From a virus: a stretch of 64,000 nucleotides of DNA. Below, piece by piece: positions 29,175 to 38,671 of this stretch; within the stretch, counting starts at the first letter, position 1; every line of letters begins with the position of its first letter. Where the stretch lies: positions 41,968 to 105,967 of the IMG/VR virus record IMGVR_UViG_3300045988_096785, one strand, 5' to 3'. Under the pieces are notes generated by a model. That model was not told the DNA's origin and did no database searches. It saw nothing but the letters and a program-made list of their open reading frames with translations. The translations under genes and the position numbers were made by a program.

Positions 29175-30194
29175 TCATCGTTTTATCTTTTTAGACGGAT
29201 CCCAATCCGAAGAGAAAGGGCATTCGTTTTTGTTATGTAATCCAAAGTCACAATAATAACACAGTGCTGACGGGTAGGGTTGTTTGTTTTGCGGAACAGG
29301 CTGGCTTAGGGTGGCACGCCGCTTGCTATACCTGGCTCCTTCTGCTCCCTGGATGTACGCTTGAAATGATTTTACACTATTATCTTCAAAATCATACATT
29401 TTAGACAAAGTGTCATTTAGCATCTCTATAGATTTTGTTTTACGTTCCTCATCCACCTTAACCTTTTGGTACTGCCTGGTCCTGGTAAAGAAATAGATGT
29501 TCATATCTGGAAGAACTCCACCATATTTTCTATAGATGTAAAATGAATATATAGGATGCTGTAAATTCGTTTCCAACTTCTTAGAATCAAAAACCTTATT
29601 ACCTGATTTCCAATCTATGACATAATGGTGAACTACGTTCTTGCTTTTTATAGCCAGATGAAGGTCTACCGATCCTACTATGTACACATGAGTATGAATT
29701 ACTCCATTTATGTTAACAGGCTTAGGAAGACGGTACGGCAGCACAAAATCTTCTTCGACTCCAACTATAGCGCCGTGTCTGATAAGTTTCTCGCAGGGAT
29801 TAAGATCACTATCAGCTATCATAAACCTATTGCCGTCTTTTTTAAACAGATCCACAATCCAAGCAAGAAGCTCTCCAGATTGCTTCATGGCTATCATCAT
29901 ATTTTCCGGTGATTGCCAAGGTATGTCTTCTTGGTAAGCATAGTAACTTATAGCTTCCCCCAGGTCTTTGCCAGAAGGCTGTCTTCCGTTCTTGAAGAAG
30001 TATTCCAGTGTCTTATGAATAACTGTACCATAAGACGTAGCTTCTTGTTTTTCCGTAGACCTTTTGCCCTCCACGTAAGTTTTATACCATTTCATTGGAC
30101 AGGTAAGAAACGTGTCTATCTGGGAATAAGATATGGCAAGACGTTTCACACCATTAAACTCCTTATATAGCAAATGCGTTTCCGGGACCATCAT
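29175..30194 (-). CDS. PD-(D/E)XK nuclease, Cas4/RecB-like with an Fe-S Cys cluster (339 aa)
   Basis: N-terminal Cys (LTCPMKW) and C-terminal C-x2-C-x8-C (LCYYCDFGLHNKNEC). VDLH and VIDWKSG match nuclease motifs II/III. QHPIYSFY matches the QxxxY motif. Confidence 0.6.
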   Translation of the reverse strand: MMVPETHLLYKEFNGVKRLAISYSQIDTFLTCPMKWYKTYVEGKRSTEKQEATSYGTVIHKTLEYFFKNGRQPSGKDLGEAISYYAYQEDIPWQSPENMMIAMKQSGELLAWIVDLFKKDGNRFMIADSDLNPCEKLIRHGAIVGVEEDFVLPYRLPKPVNINGVIHTHVYIVGSVDLHLAIKSKNVVHHYVIDWKSGNKVFDSKKLETNLQHPIYSFYIYRKYGGVLPDMNIYFFTRTRQYQKVKVDEERKTKSIEMLNDTLSKMYDFEDNSVKSFQAYIQGAEGARYSKRRATLSQPVPQNKQPYPSALCYYCDFGLHNKNECPFSSDWDPSKKIKR

Positions 30195-30538
30195 AAGTCA
30201 TTGTCTTTAAATCCTTCCGGGTAATATACGACATACTTCTTACCGTCTTCTGGTGTCATGGCAAACTGCATGTAGTTATTACGATTACGATGCTTGCCAT
30301 CCAATCCTCGTTTCCAATACAGGATACCGTCTATATCCACATAAGACCGTCCGCGTTCGGCTCTAACCACGTCCGTGTGTAGCAGATACCCGTCGGAAGA
30401 CACAATCCACACTTTATCCCCTTTGTTTAAATAAGATATTCTTTTTCTTACTATAATCTTTTTCTTATTATCCAATACAAATTCCTCGTCAGTCATACTC
30501 TTCATCCTCCTCTTCTTCTGTTTCAAAATCAATTCCAT
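30191..30538 (-). CDS. Hypothetical protein (115 aa)
   Basis: ORF overlapping the nuclease start. Confidence 0.45.
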   Translation of the reverse strand: MELILKQKKRRMKSMTDEEFVLDNKKKIIVRKRISYLNKGDKVWIVSSDGYLLHTDVVRAERGRSYVDIDGILYWKRGLDGKHRNRNNYMQFAMTPEDGKKYVVYYPEGFKDNDL

Positions 30539-31067
30539 ATCTCATATTCTATTAAATATATTTAAAGCTATTCATATGTTTTAATACATCCCCTCGGAGA
30601 CCTTCCGGTCTCCTTGGTAGATGTAAATCCCGTTAGGGATAAGTCAGGATTTCTCCTGTAAGTACCCATCGCCAATGTTATAAGAGGTTTTATATAATGG
30701 CAACACTGTTTCGTCAAATACACTACTCCTGTTTAATCACCATCCTTAGAGCAAGAAACTTGGATAAACATTCCTTGGTAACTATTTATTCTCAAATAAC
30801 GTAGCCTCTGTTTCAAGGCTTAGGCTAATAACCCGATCTCTGAAAGAGATGTATTAAACTTTTATAATAGAATTATATTGGGTTAATACTATTTGGGGTT
30901 ATAACACCGATCATAATGCTTGGTCAGTTCTTCTGGTTCTAAATCTTGTCCAAAATCCATGTTAAAAATATCGTAATTAGTAAAGCACTGTTCCTGCCGG
31001 CAGGAAATCTATGAATGCTGCTTTTATTTCTTCAATTAGGCCCAAGTGTAACCTTGGGCCATTGTAT
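30539..31067. other. 530-bp structured noncoding region. Contains perfect hairpins GGAGACCttccGGTCTCC (30596-30613) and GGCCCAAGtgtaacCTTGGGCC (31039-31060), and the 16-bp palindrome TTCCTGCCGGCAGGAA (30991-31006)
   Basis: No ORF of 60 aa or more. Several perfect inverted repeats. A T-tract follows the 31039-31060 hairpin on the plus strand. Confidence 0.5.
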
Positions 31068-31283
31068 TTATTTTTTGTCATCTCCTTTTAATTTCTTTAA
31101 AGTATCTGCAATCGGAAGCTGATCAATGACTCCCAATGCCGGAGCGACGGTCTTAACAACATTGTTAAGGAAATTACCGGTACTGTTCTGACCGCCGTCA
31201 AATACCGTGATATTTCCGAGGTTAATGTGCTCAAATGCCTTAACCTGTTCTCCGGCAATTTCTTTCCACTGATTAACCATCAC
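31068..31283 (-). CDS. 71-aa ORF resembling a flotillin C-terminal tail, in a different frame from the upstream flotillin gene (possible split or frameshift)
   Basis: GTG/ATG start overlaps the flotillin stop. ITVFDGGQNSTGNF...APALGVIDQLP resembles Gly-rich flotillin C-termini. Confidence 0.35.
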   Translation of the reverse strand: MMVNQWKEIAGEQVKAFEHINLGNITVFDGGQNSTGNFLNNVVKTVAPALGVIDQLPIADTLKKLKGDDKK

Positions 31284-32764
31284 TGGATGGCGATCTGAGG
31301 ATTGGATTCTGCTGCTTCCACCATAGCCTTAAATCCGTCGGCTTCTGCCATTAACGACTTTTTCTTACCTTCGGCTTCTGCCTCCAGTTTCATCTGAATA
31401 GCCTTTGCCTCTGCCTCAGCTTTTGCCAAATGTGCTGCCGCCTCAGCCTCAGCCCGGCGTTTGATCTTCTCTGCCTCAGCATCAGCTTGTAATATAGCCT
31501 CTTCCTTCTGGGTTTCAGCCGGCACAATCTTTTCAGCCTTAAGCGCAGCCTGAACTTTCTTAGCCTTAGCTTCTTCCACTTCTTTGTCGGCAAGCTCTTT
31601 TGCTGTTTTTACAGCCGCTTCCGATTTAACTCTCTCTTCTCCGGCTTTCTTTTCTGATTGAGCTTTGATAACCTGTAGCTCTGATTCTGATACAGCAACC
31701 TCTTTCTGAGCATTGTTGTAGCCTACAGAAGCATTTTTCTCAGCCTCAGCTTTCTTAATCTGAGCTTCAGAGTCTTGTATTGCTATAGCTGCTTGTTTAT
31801 CAGCTTCAGCTTTATTCTTCCCGACTTCTTCCATTCTTTCGGCTTCAGCTTTGTTTACTTCAAGTTCTGCCTTAGATCTTGCGATCGCTGATTCCTTATC
31901 AGCCAAAGTCTTTGCAATAACCGCAGCCCTATCTCTATCGGCTTGAGCTACACCGATCTGTTTTTCTTTATCGGTTAAAGCCAAAGCTACTTCTTTTTCT
32001 TTCTTTGTTTCAGCTACTACCGTTTCCTTTTCTTTTTCAGTATAGGCAATTTGAATCTCTTGCTCTTTTTGGGTATTAGCTACAGCCGTTTCTTTTTCCT
32101 TTTGCTGTACAGCAATCTTAATAGCACCCAGTTTCTCCTGTTCTTCGATATTAGCCTGTGCTTCGTTCAGAGCCCTACTTTCAGCCTCCTTACCAAGGTT
32201 CATAATATAACCGGCTTCGTCTCTGATGTCACTGATGTTGATGTTCAGGAGGTAAAGACCTAACTTATTAAGCTCGTTATCAATGTTCTTTCTTGCCTTA
32301 TCCAAAAACTCATCCCTGTCAGAATTAAGTTTTTCGATTGTCATTTCAGCAATAATCAAACGCATCTGACCGTAAACGATGTCCGTAATAAGATTTTCAG
32401 TAGATTCGGTATCCATCCCCAAAAGTCTTTCTGCCGCATTTTGCATGATTTCGGGATTTGTACTGATAGCTACTGTAATGGTCGTAGGTACATCTACTCT
32501 AATATTCTGAGATGACAAAGCACCGGTAAGCTTGCAATCTATTTGCATAGGCTCCATAGACAAAATATCATAGCTTTGAATAATAGGCAAGACGAATGCC
32601 GCTCCACCATGATATAATTTCGCCGATTTCTTTTCCCCACCTGTCTTACCATAAACGACCAAGACTTGATTAGGCTTACATCTACGATACCTTGATAAGA
32701 CTCCGATGATTGTCAAAATAATCACTACAGCTAAAATAGCTGACACGTACATGATTGTTGTCAT
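31280..32764 (-). CDS. Flotillin-like SPFH/band-7 protein (494 aa)
   Basis: N-terminal transmembrane helix. SPFH core (VLVVYGKTGG...AAFVLPIIQSYDILSMEP). Long Glu/Ala/Lys-rich coiled-coil. Confidence 0.8.
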   Translation of the reverse strand: MTTIMYVSAILAVVIILTIIGVLSRYRRCKPNQVLVVYGKTGGEKKSAKLYHGGAAFVLPIIQSYDILSMEPMQIDCKLTGALSSQNIRVDVPTTITVAISTNPEIMQNAAERLLGMDTESTENLITDIVYGQMRLIIAEMTIEKLNSDRDEFLDKARKNIDNELNKLGLYLLNINISDIRDEAGYIMNLGKEAESRALNEAQANIEEQEKLGAIKIAVQQKEKETAVANTQKEQEIQIAYTEKEKETVVAETKKEKEVALALTDKEKQIGVAQADRDRAAVIAKTLADKESAIARSKAELEVNKAEAERMEEVGKNKAEADKQAAIAIQDSEAQIKKAEAEKNASVGYNNAQKEVAVSESELQVIKAQSEKKAGEERVKSEAAVKTAKELADKEVEEAKAKKVQAALKAEKIVPAETQKEEAILQADAEAEKIKRRAEAEAAAHLAKAEAEAKAIQMKLEAEAEGKKKSLMAEADGFKAMVEAAESNPQIAIQ

Positions 32765-32797
32765 AACTTTTAAAATTTAATTGTTGATAAAAAAAAA

Positions 32798-33292
32798 TTA
32801 GATGCTTAATTCTCCTTCTTCGTATTTTATATTCACCTTGTCACCGTTTTTGTAATTTTTTCCAGACAAGCATCTTACTCTCATTTGCTCTTGTCTTCCA
32901 TTTTTCACAATATTTACCATATAATGATTCTTCCCTGATCTAAACACTATCTCCACCTCTCTGCCATTTAAATCTTCCGGACATTCGTACACCATTTCTT
33001 GCTTTAACTTAAGAAGTAACTTATATACATAAAACAAAACGATAAAGAAAAACGACCCTATTACGACCCCTACTAAATGGGAACCCGAAAAGTATGTGGT
33101 CCAGCTATATCCAAGAATAAAATGTGTTATGCCCTTGAATGATATGATGTCCGACAAAGACATGCTTAAATCAGAAGCGCTGTTAATGTCAATATCCGTA
33201 TCCAGATCAGATCCTAATATCGACAACAAAAACTGTATAACAAAAGCAAATGACGCTATTAAAGCCATGCATAAAATTATATCACTTCCCAT
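32798..33292 (-). CDS. NfeD-like membrane protein with a C-terminal OB-fold (164 aa)
   Basis: Two hydrophobic helices then a beta-rich C-terminus. This is the classic short-form NfeD partner of SPFH proteins. Overlaps the acyl carrier protein gene. Confidence 0.6.
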   Translation of the reverse strand: MGSDIILCMALIASFAFVIQFLLSILGSDLDTDIDINSASDLSMSLSDIISFKGITHFILGYSWTTYFSGSHLVGVVIGSFFFIVLFYVYKLLLKLKQEMVYECPEDLNGREVEIVFRSGKNHYMVNIVKNGRQEQMRVRCLSGKNYKNGDKVNIKYEEGELSI

Positions 33293-33533
33293 ACCCTTCT
33301 GTTATTATTTTGTAAACAAGATCAGTCATATCTTTGATGGTCTCCATATCATAATCAATAATAACAATATTGAATTTTTGTTCCACCATCGCATCAAGCT
33401 CAATTCGATCAATAGAGTCTAATCCAAGTTCTTTAAACGACACATCTTCTTCATGAACTATATCCATTTCCGAATTAAGAAACTGAGTAATAATTATATC
33501 CTCTATTATCTTTCTGATTCTTACTTTTTCCAT
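33282..33533 (-). CDS. Acyl carrier protein-like (83 aa)
   Basis: LGLDSIDRIELDAMVEQKF matches the ACP/PCP phosphopantetheine-attachment motif (DSL becomes DSI). Confidence 0.6.
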   Translation of the reverse strand: MEKVRIRKIIEDIIITQFLNSEMDIVHEEDVSFKELGLDSIDRIELDAMVEQKFNIVIIDYDMETIKDMTDLVYKIITEGYGK

Positions 33534-34234
33534 TGCTTTCTAATTTTGTTAAATAAGTATGTTTTTATGTTTTTCAATCGCTCTTTGTCTGTTTCAGAAC
33601 TTCCGGTAAACAAATAATCCGGATTGCCTTTAGCCGGCGGCGTAGGCAATTTAGATACGGCAAACAACCAATCCATTTCCTTATTCTTCTTAGACTCCAA
33701 ATAAGGCTCGGTAGCGATCTTAAATTTTTCAGCTATTAAGTCAAAGAGCTTTGAATTTTTAAGGTTCATATGGACTGAAAAAGCCTGAGAAGGCGGTTTC
33801 CATATGAAGTTACATAAGCTCATCGTATAATCTCCTGACTCTGCTATATAAGATTCCGTTACCTGAAGTATGACCTCTTTCTTGAATGAGGTGTTACCCA
33901 TAAACCAACATAATCTGGATTCCGCTTCTTTTCTGCTGACACCTATGTCTTTTGAATATGATTCGTACATTCCTATCATAATCTTCAACGTTTCTAGGAC
34001 CTCGTCCGTCATTTCCGGTGTCTCTATATAATTCACAAAAGACGTTCCTTTGTTGGTTAATCTCATCACACCTGATTTTAATTTCTCAACCAGGCCAAGC
34101 TCTATATACCTCCCAGCATCTTTTTCCAGCATGGCTTCGATCATAACCGTATCCTTCTGTCTTATAGCAAGAAGATTAGCCAGATCATTAGGGGTCATGT
34201 CTGATGCTGCAAGTTGTCTGAAATTGATGTACAT
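33521..34234 (-). CDS. Hypothetical protein (237 aa)
   Basis: ORF translationally coupled to the acyl carrier protein gene. Confidence 0.5.
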   Translation of the reverse strand: MYINFRQLAASDMTPNDLANLLAIRQKDTVMIEAMLEKDAGRYIELGLVEKLKSGVMRLTNKGTSFVNYIETPEMTDEVLETLKIMIGMYESYSKDIGVSRKEAESRLCWFMGNTSFKKEVILQVTESYIAESGDYTMSLCNFIWKPPSQAFSVHMNLKNSKLFDLIAEKFKIATEPYLESKKNKEMDWLFAVSKLPTPPAKGNPDYLFTGSSETDKERLKNIKTYLFNKIRKQWKK

Positions 34235-34236
34235 GC

Positions 34237-34446
34237 CTAATCAGCTTTAATAAAAATAACATCCTTACCATCCTCCCTCTCTACGTGATTACACGGGCCT
34301 GCGACTACATCTACCGACCCGCATGTAATGTGGTCGTTAAATATACATCCTTCACATCCTAAGTCTGGCTCTGGAGCATCCACACATTTTAATCTCACAA
34401 GTCCGGCATCAAACACTTCTCCTACTTTAAATTCCTTCTTTTCCAT
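34237..34446 (-). CDS. Small Cys-rich protein, member of a three-copy paralogous family (69 aa)
   Basis: KCVDA...GCEGCIF...C...PC pattern shared with 59304..59552 and 60739..61008. Confidence 0.5.
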   Translation of the reverse strand: MEKKEFKVGEVFDAGLVRLKCVDAPEPDLGCEGCIFNDHITCGSVDVVAGPCNHVEREDGKDVIFIKAD

Positions 34447-34461
34447 ATTTCCTCCTTGTTT

Positions 34462-35064
34462 TTAACTGTTGTACCCTTCTTTGATAATCGAATTTCTACC
34501 GGTAGATACCGACTGTCGAAGATCGTCATGTACAGAATCTACCGTAGAATACTTGTTTCTGGTTGTAAAAATCACTTCCAGCATCTCCTTGTAATCACCT
34601 AAAGCTACTTCGTATCTCGGATCCACTTTGGCTTTTCTTTCAGCCTCGGCATTACTTTTAGCCAGTTCTCGATCAAGAAGATCTTCTTTGATTCGGTCAG
34701 CAATCATATCAAGTTCTTTTTTAATAACTTCTCCTGCTGCCCGAAGTTGACCTTCTACGTCACCAAGCTGGTCTTGGACGGTTCCTATTTCTTTCTTTAG
34801 GCGATCGTATTCGTTAATCATACCCATATCACCTGCATAGCCGGAAAAGTCCTTGATTATTCTGGTTCCTTCTTTAAGGAGCTCAATGACTCGTCTTTTG
34901 CGTTCTCTGCTTATTAAAGACGGAAGACGATAATTCATATCCGCTACTGCTTTATCATGTATGGAGTTGATTAAAAACATCTCTCTTTCATCCCCTGCGA
35001 ACTCAGTAAGAACCAAAAGGAACTTACTTATCAGGTATTCGTTTTCTTCTACGGTAAGTCTCAT
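34462..35064 (-). CDS. Hypothetical coiled-coil protein (200 aa)
   Basis: ORF. Confidence 0.5.
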   Translation of the reverse strand: MRLTVEENEYLISKFLLVLTEFAGDEREMFLINSIHDKAVADMNYRLPSLISRERKRRVIELLKEGTRIIKDFSGYAGDMGMINEYDRLKKEIGTVQDQLGDVEGQLRAAGEVIKKELDMIADRIKEDLLDRELAKSNAEAERKAKVDPRYEVALGDYKEMLEVIFTTRNKYSTVDSVHDDLRQSVSTGRNSIIKEGYNS

Positions 35065-35077
35065 ACGTTTCTTTTTT

Positions 35078-36211
35078 TTAATATACTGACTGTTCTTCCT
35101 TTACCTCTTGTTCTTGATCTTGATTGTTCGTAACGTCTTCCACAGTATAGAGCTTGGGCGGCGTCGGCGGCTGGTTGGGGTTCACGAACTTCGTCCCTCC
35201 CTCCCCGTACATCCATCCATGCCCCGGCAGGATCTCTGGGTGGATTGTATTAGTAAGCTCTTCCATACTAACTTGCCTTACCTTCAGTATATGATGAAAC
35301 ACCAGTCCGGCTGTCCTGAATGATGTTTTGTTTTCAGTTTTAAACCGGTCAAGAGTCTGATACCAATCTTTCCCAAATATCATATACTTATCCAGCCCGT
35401 ACCTACGAGGATTGTGCAAACCTATCATTAACGTACATAACTGACCCAGCGTATCAGATTGGTAAAAATCAGAAAGACGGGGAGGCTGCTCTTGAGGGCT
35501 TTTTATCCTTCCTTCTATCTCTCTGTTGAATTGGGATATGATGAGGAAAAATATGTTTTTATATACTAATTTAGCCTCGTTCATAACTGCCACCAAATCA
35601 TCTATAGCCGACTTAGGATCCAATCCCATTCTTTTTATCAAAGCAATATGATCGACTTTAAATATTATAAGACGTTTGTCTTTGTGTTTGGTAGCTATAT
35701 GATACACAGCCGCCTCAAACTCTTTTACCGTACACGGAGCATCGATGTATATTATATTATTTCTAATTTCACCTTGAAGGATTTCAAACATCCTCATCTC
35801 TTCTACTGTATTAGAATCTTGCCTTCTTAATATTTCAGGAGCCCGTTTTTTCATATCCTGGCTCATTCTGCGAAGAAGAAGATCTTGAGGATTCATTTCG
35901 AACTCGCAATTGACAAGAAAATAATCTTCTGCTTGCGGGTTGATCATCGGATTCATCACATTTTCCAATATCTTTTGGGCCACATACGATTTACCCACAG
36001 ATGGCCGAGCTCCTATGGCAATAGCATGCTGAGGGAAAATACCTCCAAGCAAAGCCTCATCAATATAATCGTATCCGGTTTTAGCGGGGATAAGCTCTCC
36101 CCGCCTGTATTTTAAGATATTCTCATACGCCTCTTCCATAACCTGTTTAGAGGTTTTGAATATCCTTCTTATATCTATCCTATTTGCTATCTCCTCTTGC
36201 ATTTTTGTCAC
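35078..36211 (-). CDS. DnaB-family replicative helicase (377 aa)
   Basis: Walker A GARPSVGKS. IISQFNREIEGR matches the DnaB SQLNR motif. Confidence 0.75.
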   Translation of the reverse strand: MTKMQEEIANRIDIRRIFKTSKQVMEEAYENILKYRRGELIPAKTGYDYIDEALLGGIFPQHAIAIGARPSVGKSYVAQKILENVMNPMINPQAEDYFLVNCEFEMNPQDLLLRRMSQDMKKRAPEILRRQDSNTVEEMRMFEILQGEIRNNIIYIDAPCTVKEFEAAVYHIATKHKDKRLIIFKVDHIALIKRMGLDPKSAIDDLVAVMNEAKLVYKNIFFLIISQFNREIEGRIKSPQEQPPRLSDFYQSDTLGQLCTLMIGLHNPRRYGLDKYMIFGKDWYQTLDRFKTENKTSFRTAGLVFHHILKVRQVSMEELTNTIHPEILPGHGWMYGEGGTKFVNPNQPPTPPKLYTVEDVTNNQDQEQEVKEEQSVY

Positions 36212-36458
36212 CTTTCGTATCCGATTTGGATCCCCTATTAGCTTTTACTGATTTATACCTAAGACCGTTCTTGGTATGAGAACAATCTTTGCCTTTCCTC
36301 CAGCTTTTGCCTTTCTTCTTATCCGTTTCGTAGTTTTTACGACCAAGCTCCCGGCGTTTGGCTTTCTGTTCCGGTCTGGCATTTATCTCCTTGTCCTTTT
36401 TAGCCTTTTTCTTCCTGGCTTCGGGATGAGTCCTGTAGTACTCTGTCGATCTACCCAT
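36180..36458 (-). CDS. Small highly basic Lys/Arg-rich protein (92 aa)
   Basis: ORF fills the gap upstream of the DnaB-family gene. About 35 percent K/R. Confidence 0.4.
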   Translation of the reverse strand: MGRSTEYYRTHPEARKKKAKKDKEINARPEQKAKRRELGRKNYETDKKKGKSWRKGKDCSHTKNGLRYKSVKANRGSKSDTKGDKNARGDSK

Positions 36459-36509
36459 GTGCTTATGTTTTTTTGATTAATAATAGCACAAAGATAGGCA
36501 ATTCGCGCC

Positions 36510-37076
36510 CTATTTCAATCTGCCGTAACTCATATCAGGATCACACCAGACATACCCGTCTTTCTCATCATGAAGATACTCAGGGCATCCTCTGCATGCG
36601 CTACTGCCTGACACTATTTGGTTGTTCTTATTAGGGCACTTATCTCCAGGCTTATGCCATTCTATTCTCGAACCTGATCGTTCTTTGTTTACATGACAGA
36701 ACTGAAAGACTTTTCCCATCGTCTTCTCTCCGAACATACCTATATGTGTGTACTCTTCCGGTATAGAGAGAAATTCAGATAAATCTTTATACATCCTTTC
36801 CCGTTCTTCCGGCGTAGACCACAGTCTGTCAAGTTCGGCATGGACTCTTATTTTAAGAGACCTTAGTGATGGGCTCGCAAGCCGGCCTTTAGCTTTTCCC
36901 TTATTTGGCCCTGATTCATGAACACCGACATAAGCGTTGCATGGTTTACACATCATAACCATCCCTAAGCCTTTTCTGCTATATATTTTATCGGCATTGA
37001 TCAACTCGGTTTCTCTTCCGCAATAAGGACAAATTTCGCCTCTTAAAACCCGTTGTTGGCGCTCATTAAGTTCCAT
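36510..37076 (-). CDS. Zinc-binding hypothetical protein (188 aa)
   Basis: CPYCG...CKPC and CRGC motifs. Confidence 0.5.
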   Translation of the reverse strand: MELNERQQRVLRGEICPYCGRETELINADKIYSRKGLGMVMMCKPCNAYVGVHESGPNKGKAKGRLASPSLRSLKIRVHAELDRLWSTPEERERMYKDLSEFLSIPEEYTHIGMFGEKTMGKVFQFCHVNKERSGSRIEWHKPGDKCPNKNNQIVSGSSACRGCPEYLHDEKDGYVWCDPDMSYGRLK

Positions 37077-37321
37077 ACCCTATTCTTTTGTTTTTCTTTA
37101 AACTTTTCATACAAACTGTTTTCAGTTTCCATTTCCGAAATCTCTACCTCTACGTCCTCTCTTTTGAAAATTACTTTCTTGGCTGTCGGATACGCACATT
37201 TAGAGATACGAATAGCATTACGAATAGCGTAAACAAAATACGTTTCTGGTGATGATTCGATCACCACTACCTCGTTTAAAGTATTTTTATAATTTTCCAT
37301 GTTGTTATCTACTTGCTTCAA
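37043..37321 (-). CDS. Hypothetical protein (92 aa)
   Basis: ORF. Confidence 0.4.
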   Translation of the reverse strand: MKQVDNNMENYKNTLNEVVVIESSPETYFVYAIRNAIRISKCAYPTAKKVIFKREDVEVEISEMETENSLYEKFKEKQKNRVWNLMSANNGF

Positions 37322-37658
37322 TTATATAACCCGGATGATCTTCACACGCCTCTTTGTATTTGATAAGAAACTTAAGAAATGAATCATAAGACCCCCATCC
37401 GTTTTCCGGCTCGTATCTCAAAAGACTTTTTCTCTTAGAGATCATAACACATATACCTTTTGTAAGTACATTCTTCATCTCATCGGTATCTATTTCCCTA
37501 CCCAATTCTTCTGGTCTCCAAACATAATCGTACAGCGTTTCTTTATTTTCTGATACGAATATTCTTTGTGCCATCTTGTTCATGTTGTGGGTGATGTTTG
37601 CAACCCATTCACGATCCTCTTCTTTTTTCTTGTTCTTAATATAAACATCCAGGCTCAT
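37305..37658 (-). CDS. Hypothetical protein (117 aa)
   Basis: ORF. Confidence 0.45.
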   Translation of the reverse strand: MSLDVYIKNKKKEEDREWVANITHNMNKMAQRIFVSENKETLYDYVWRPEELGREIDTDEMKNVLTKGICVMISKRKSLLRYEPENGWGSYDSFLKFLIKYKEACEDHPGYIIEASR

Positions 37659-38649
37659 ACTGTTTTTCTTTTACCTTGTTACTAATTATCAAATCTGCCA
37701 CATCATCTCCGTCTCCTACATTTTCAACATTTTGAAGATAGTCCGATACTTTTATCCTTGACTTCATCATCATCCCATCTATCTTTTTACTCCATGTCTC
37801 AAATGCTTGTCCTTTGTCCGGAAAAGCTACAGTCTTTCTATCTTTTAAGACATCTATCACTTCCGGCCTTAGATTCTGCAACCCACCGGTAGCTACAAAT
37901 AACTCATCTGGTTTATTCACAGCGCATATAATAGCCGTCTTTTCTGATTCCACCAAATTAACCACCTTATCCGGATACTGGCTTAGAAGATGCTCTCCGA
38001 ACAGGCATTGTCTAAACAAGAAGTCTCTTGCATGCAACGAGTGATAAAACATAACATGAGGCCGCTCATTGTCGCCGTCTTTTTCCTTCACTCTTTTTAC
38101 ATCAATCTCATTCCCCTGGCCGTCGGTTTTTATATAAAAGTCCATGATCTTGCCGGTTCTGCATACAAAATCTTTGTCTATCTGCCAGAATATACAACAT
38201 CCTTTCCATCCCCATAAGTCCATTGTTCCTACATGATACCTCCTGAATACATCAGACACCCTTTCTTTTCCCCATAGAGATGATAAAAATCTAAATACAG
38301 TGTTTCTATCGTCTGGAACTACAGTCCTCTCAAACTCGCTAAAAGGTATGTAATTTACAACGTCAGGATTTACAGGAGGGCGATAAGCTCTTATACACTT
38401 GTTTCCTGAAATCCAAAGATCTTTGTCACCTACATCCTTACCAGTAGGTCGTTTATCGTAACCGCAAGTCCGTTCATGATCGCATCTTCCGAACTCGTTG
38501 CCAACAACCTGACCTGTTGCCACATCAATATAAGGAGTGAGGCACCGGCTTTTCCCGCAAGCCGGGCAGGTCAGCTTTAGTCGGCTCCTGCCAGGCCTGC
38601 GGTCAAGTTGAAACCGAGGTACGTTTTCGTATTTTCTAAAATCAAGCAT
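37636..38649 (-). CDS. Putative primase / zinc-finger replication protein (337 aa)
   Basis: N-terminal CPACG...CDHERTCGYD zinc-binding region. Sits immediately upstream of the DnaB-family helicase block. C-terminal region is weakly Toprim-like. Confidence 0.35.
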   Translation of the reverse strand: MLDFRKYENVPRFQLDRRPGRSRLKLTCPACGKSRCLTPYIDVATGQVVGNEFGRCDHERTCGYDKRPTGKDVGDKDLWISGNKCIRAYRPPVNPDVVNYIPFSEFERTVVPDDRNTVFRFLSSLWGKERVSDVFRRYHVGTMDLWGWKGCCIFWQIDKDFVCRTGKIMDFYIKTDGQGNEIDVKRVKEKDGDNERPHVMFYHSLHARDFLFRQCLFGEHLLSQYPDKVVNLVESEKTAIICAVNKPDELFVATGGLQNLRPEVIDVLKDRKTVAFPDKGQAFETWSKKIDGMMMKSRIKVSDYLQNVENVGDGDDVADLIISNKVKEKQYEPGCLY

Positions 38650-38671
38650 CCTTAGCTCCTCTCATTGCTTT

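Noticed and set aside
31390-31593. 67-aa KR-rich ORF antisense within the flotillin gene
   Set aside because: It arises from the reverse complement of the GAA/GCT-rich coiled-coil coding repeat. Shadow ORF
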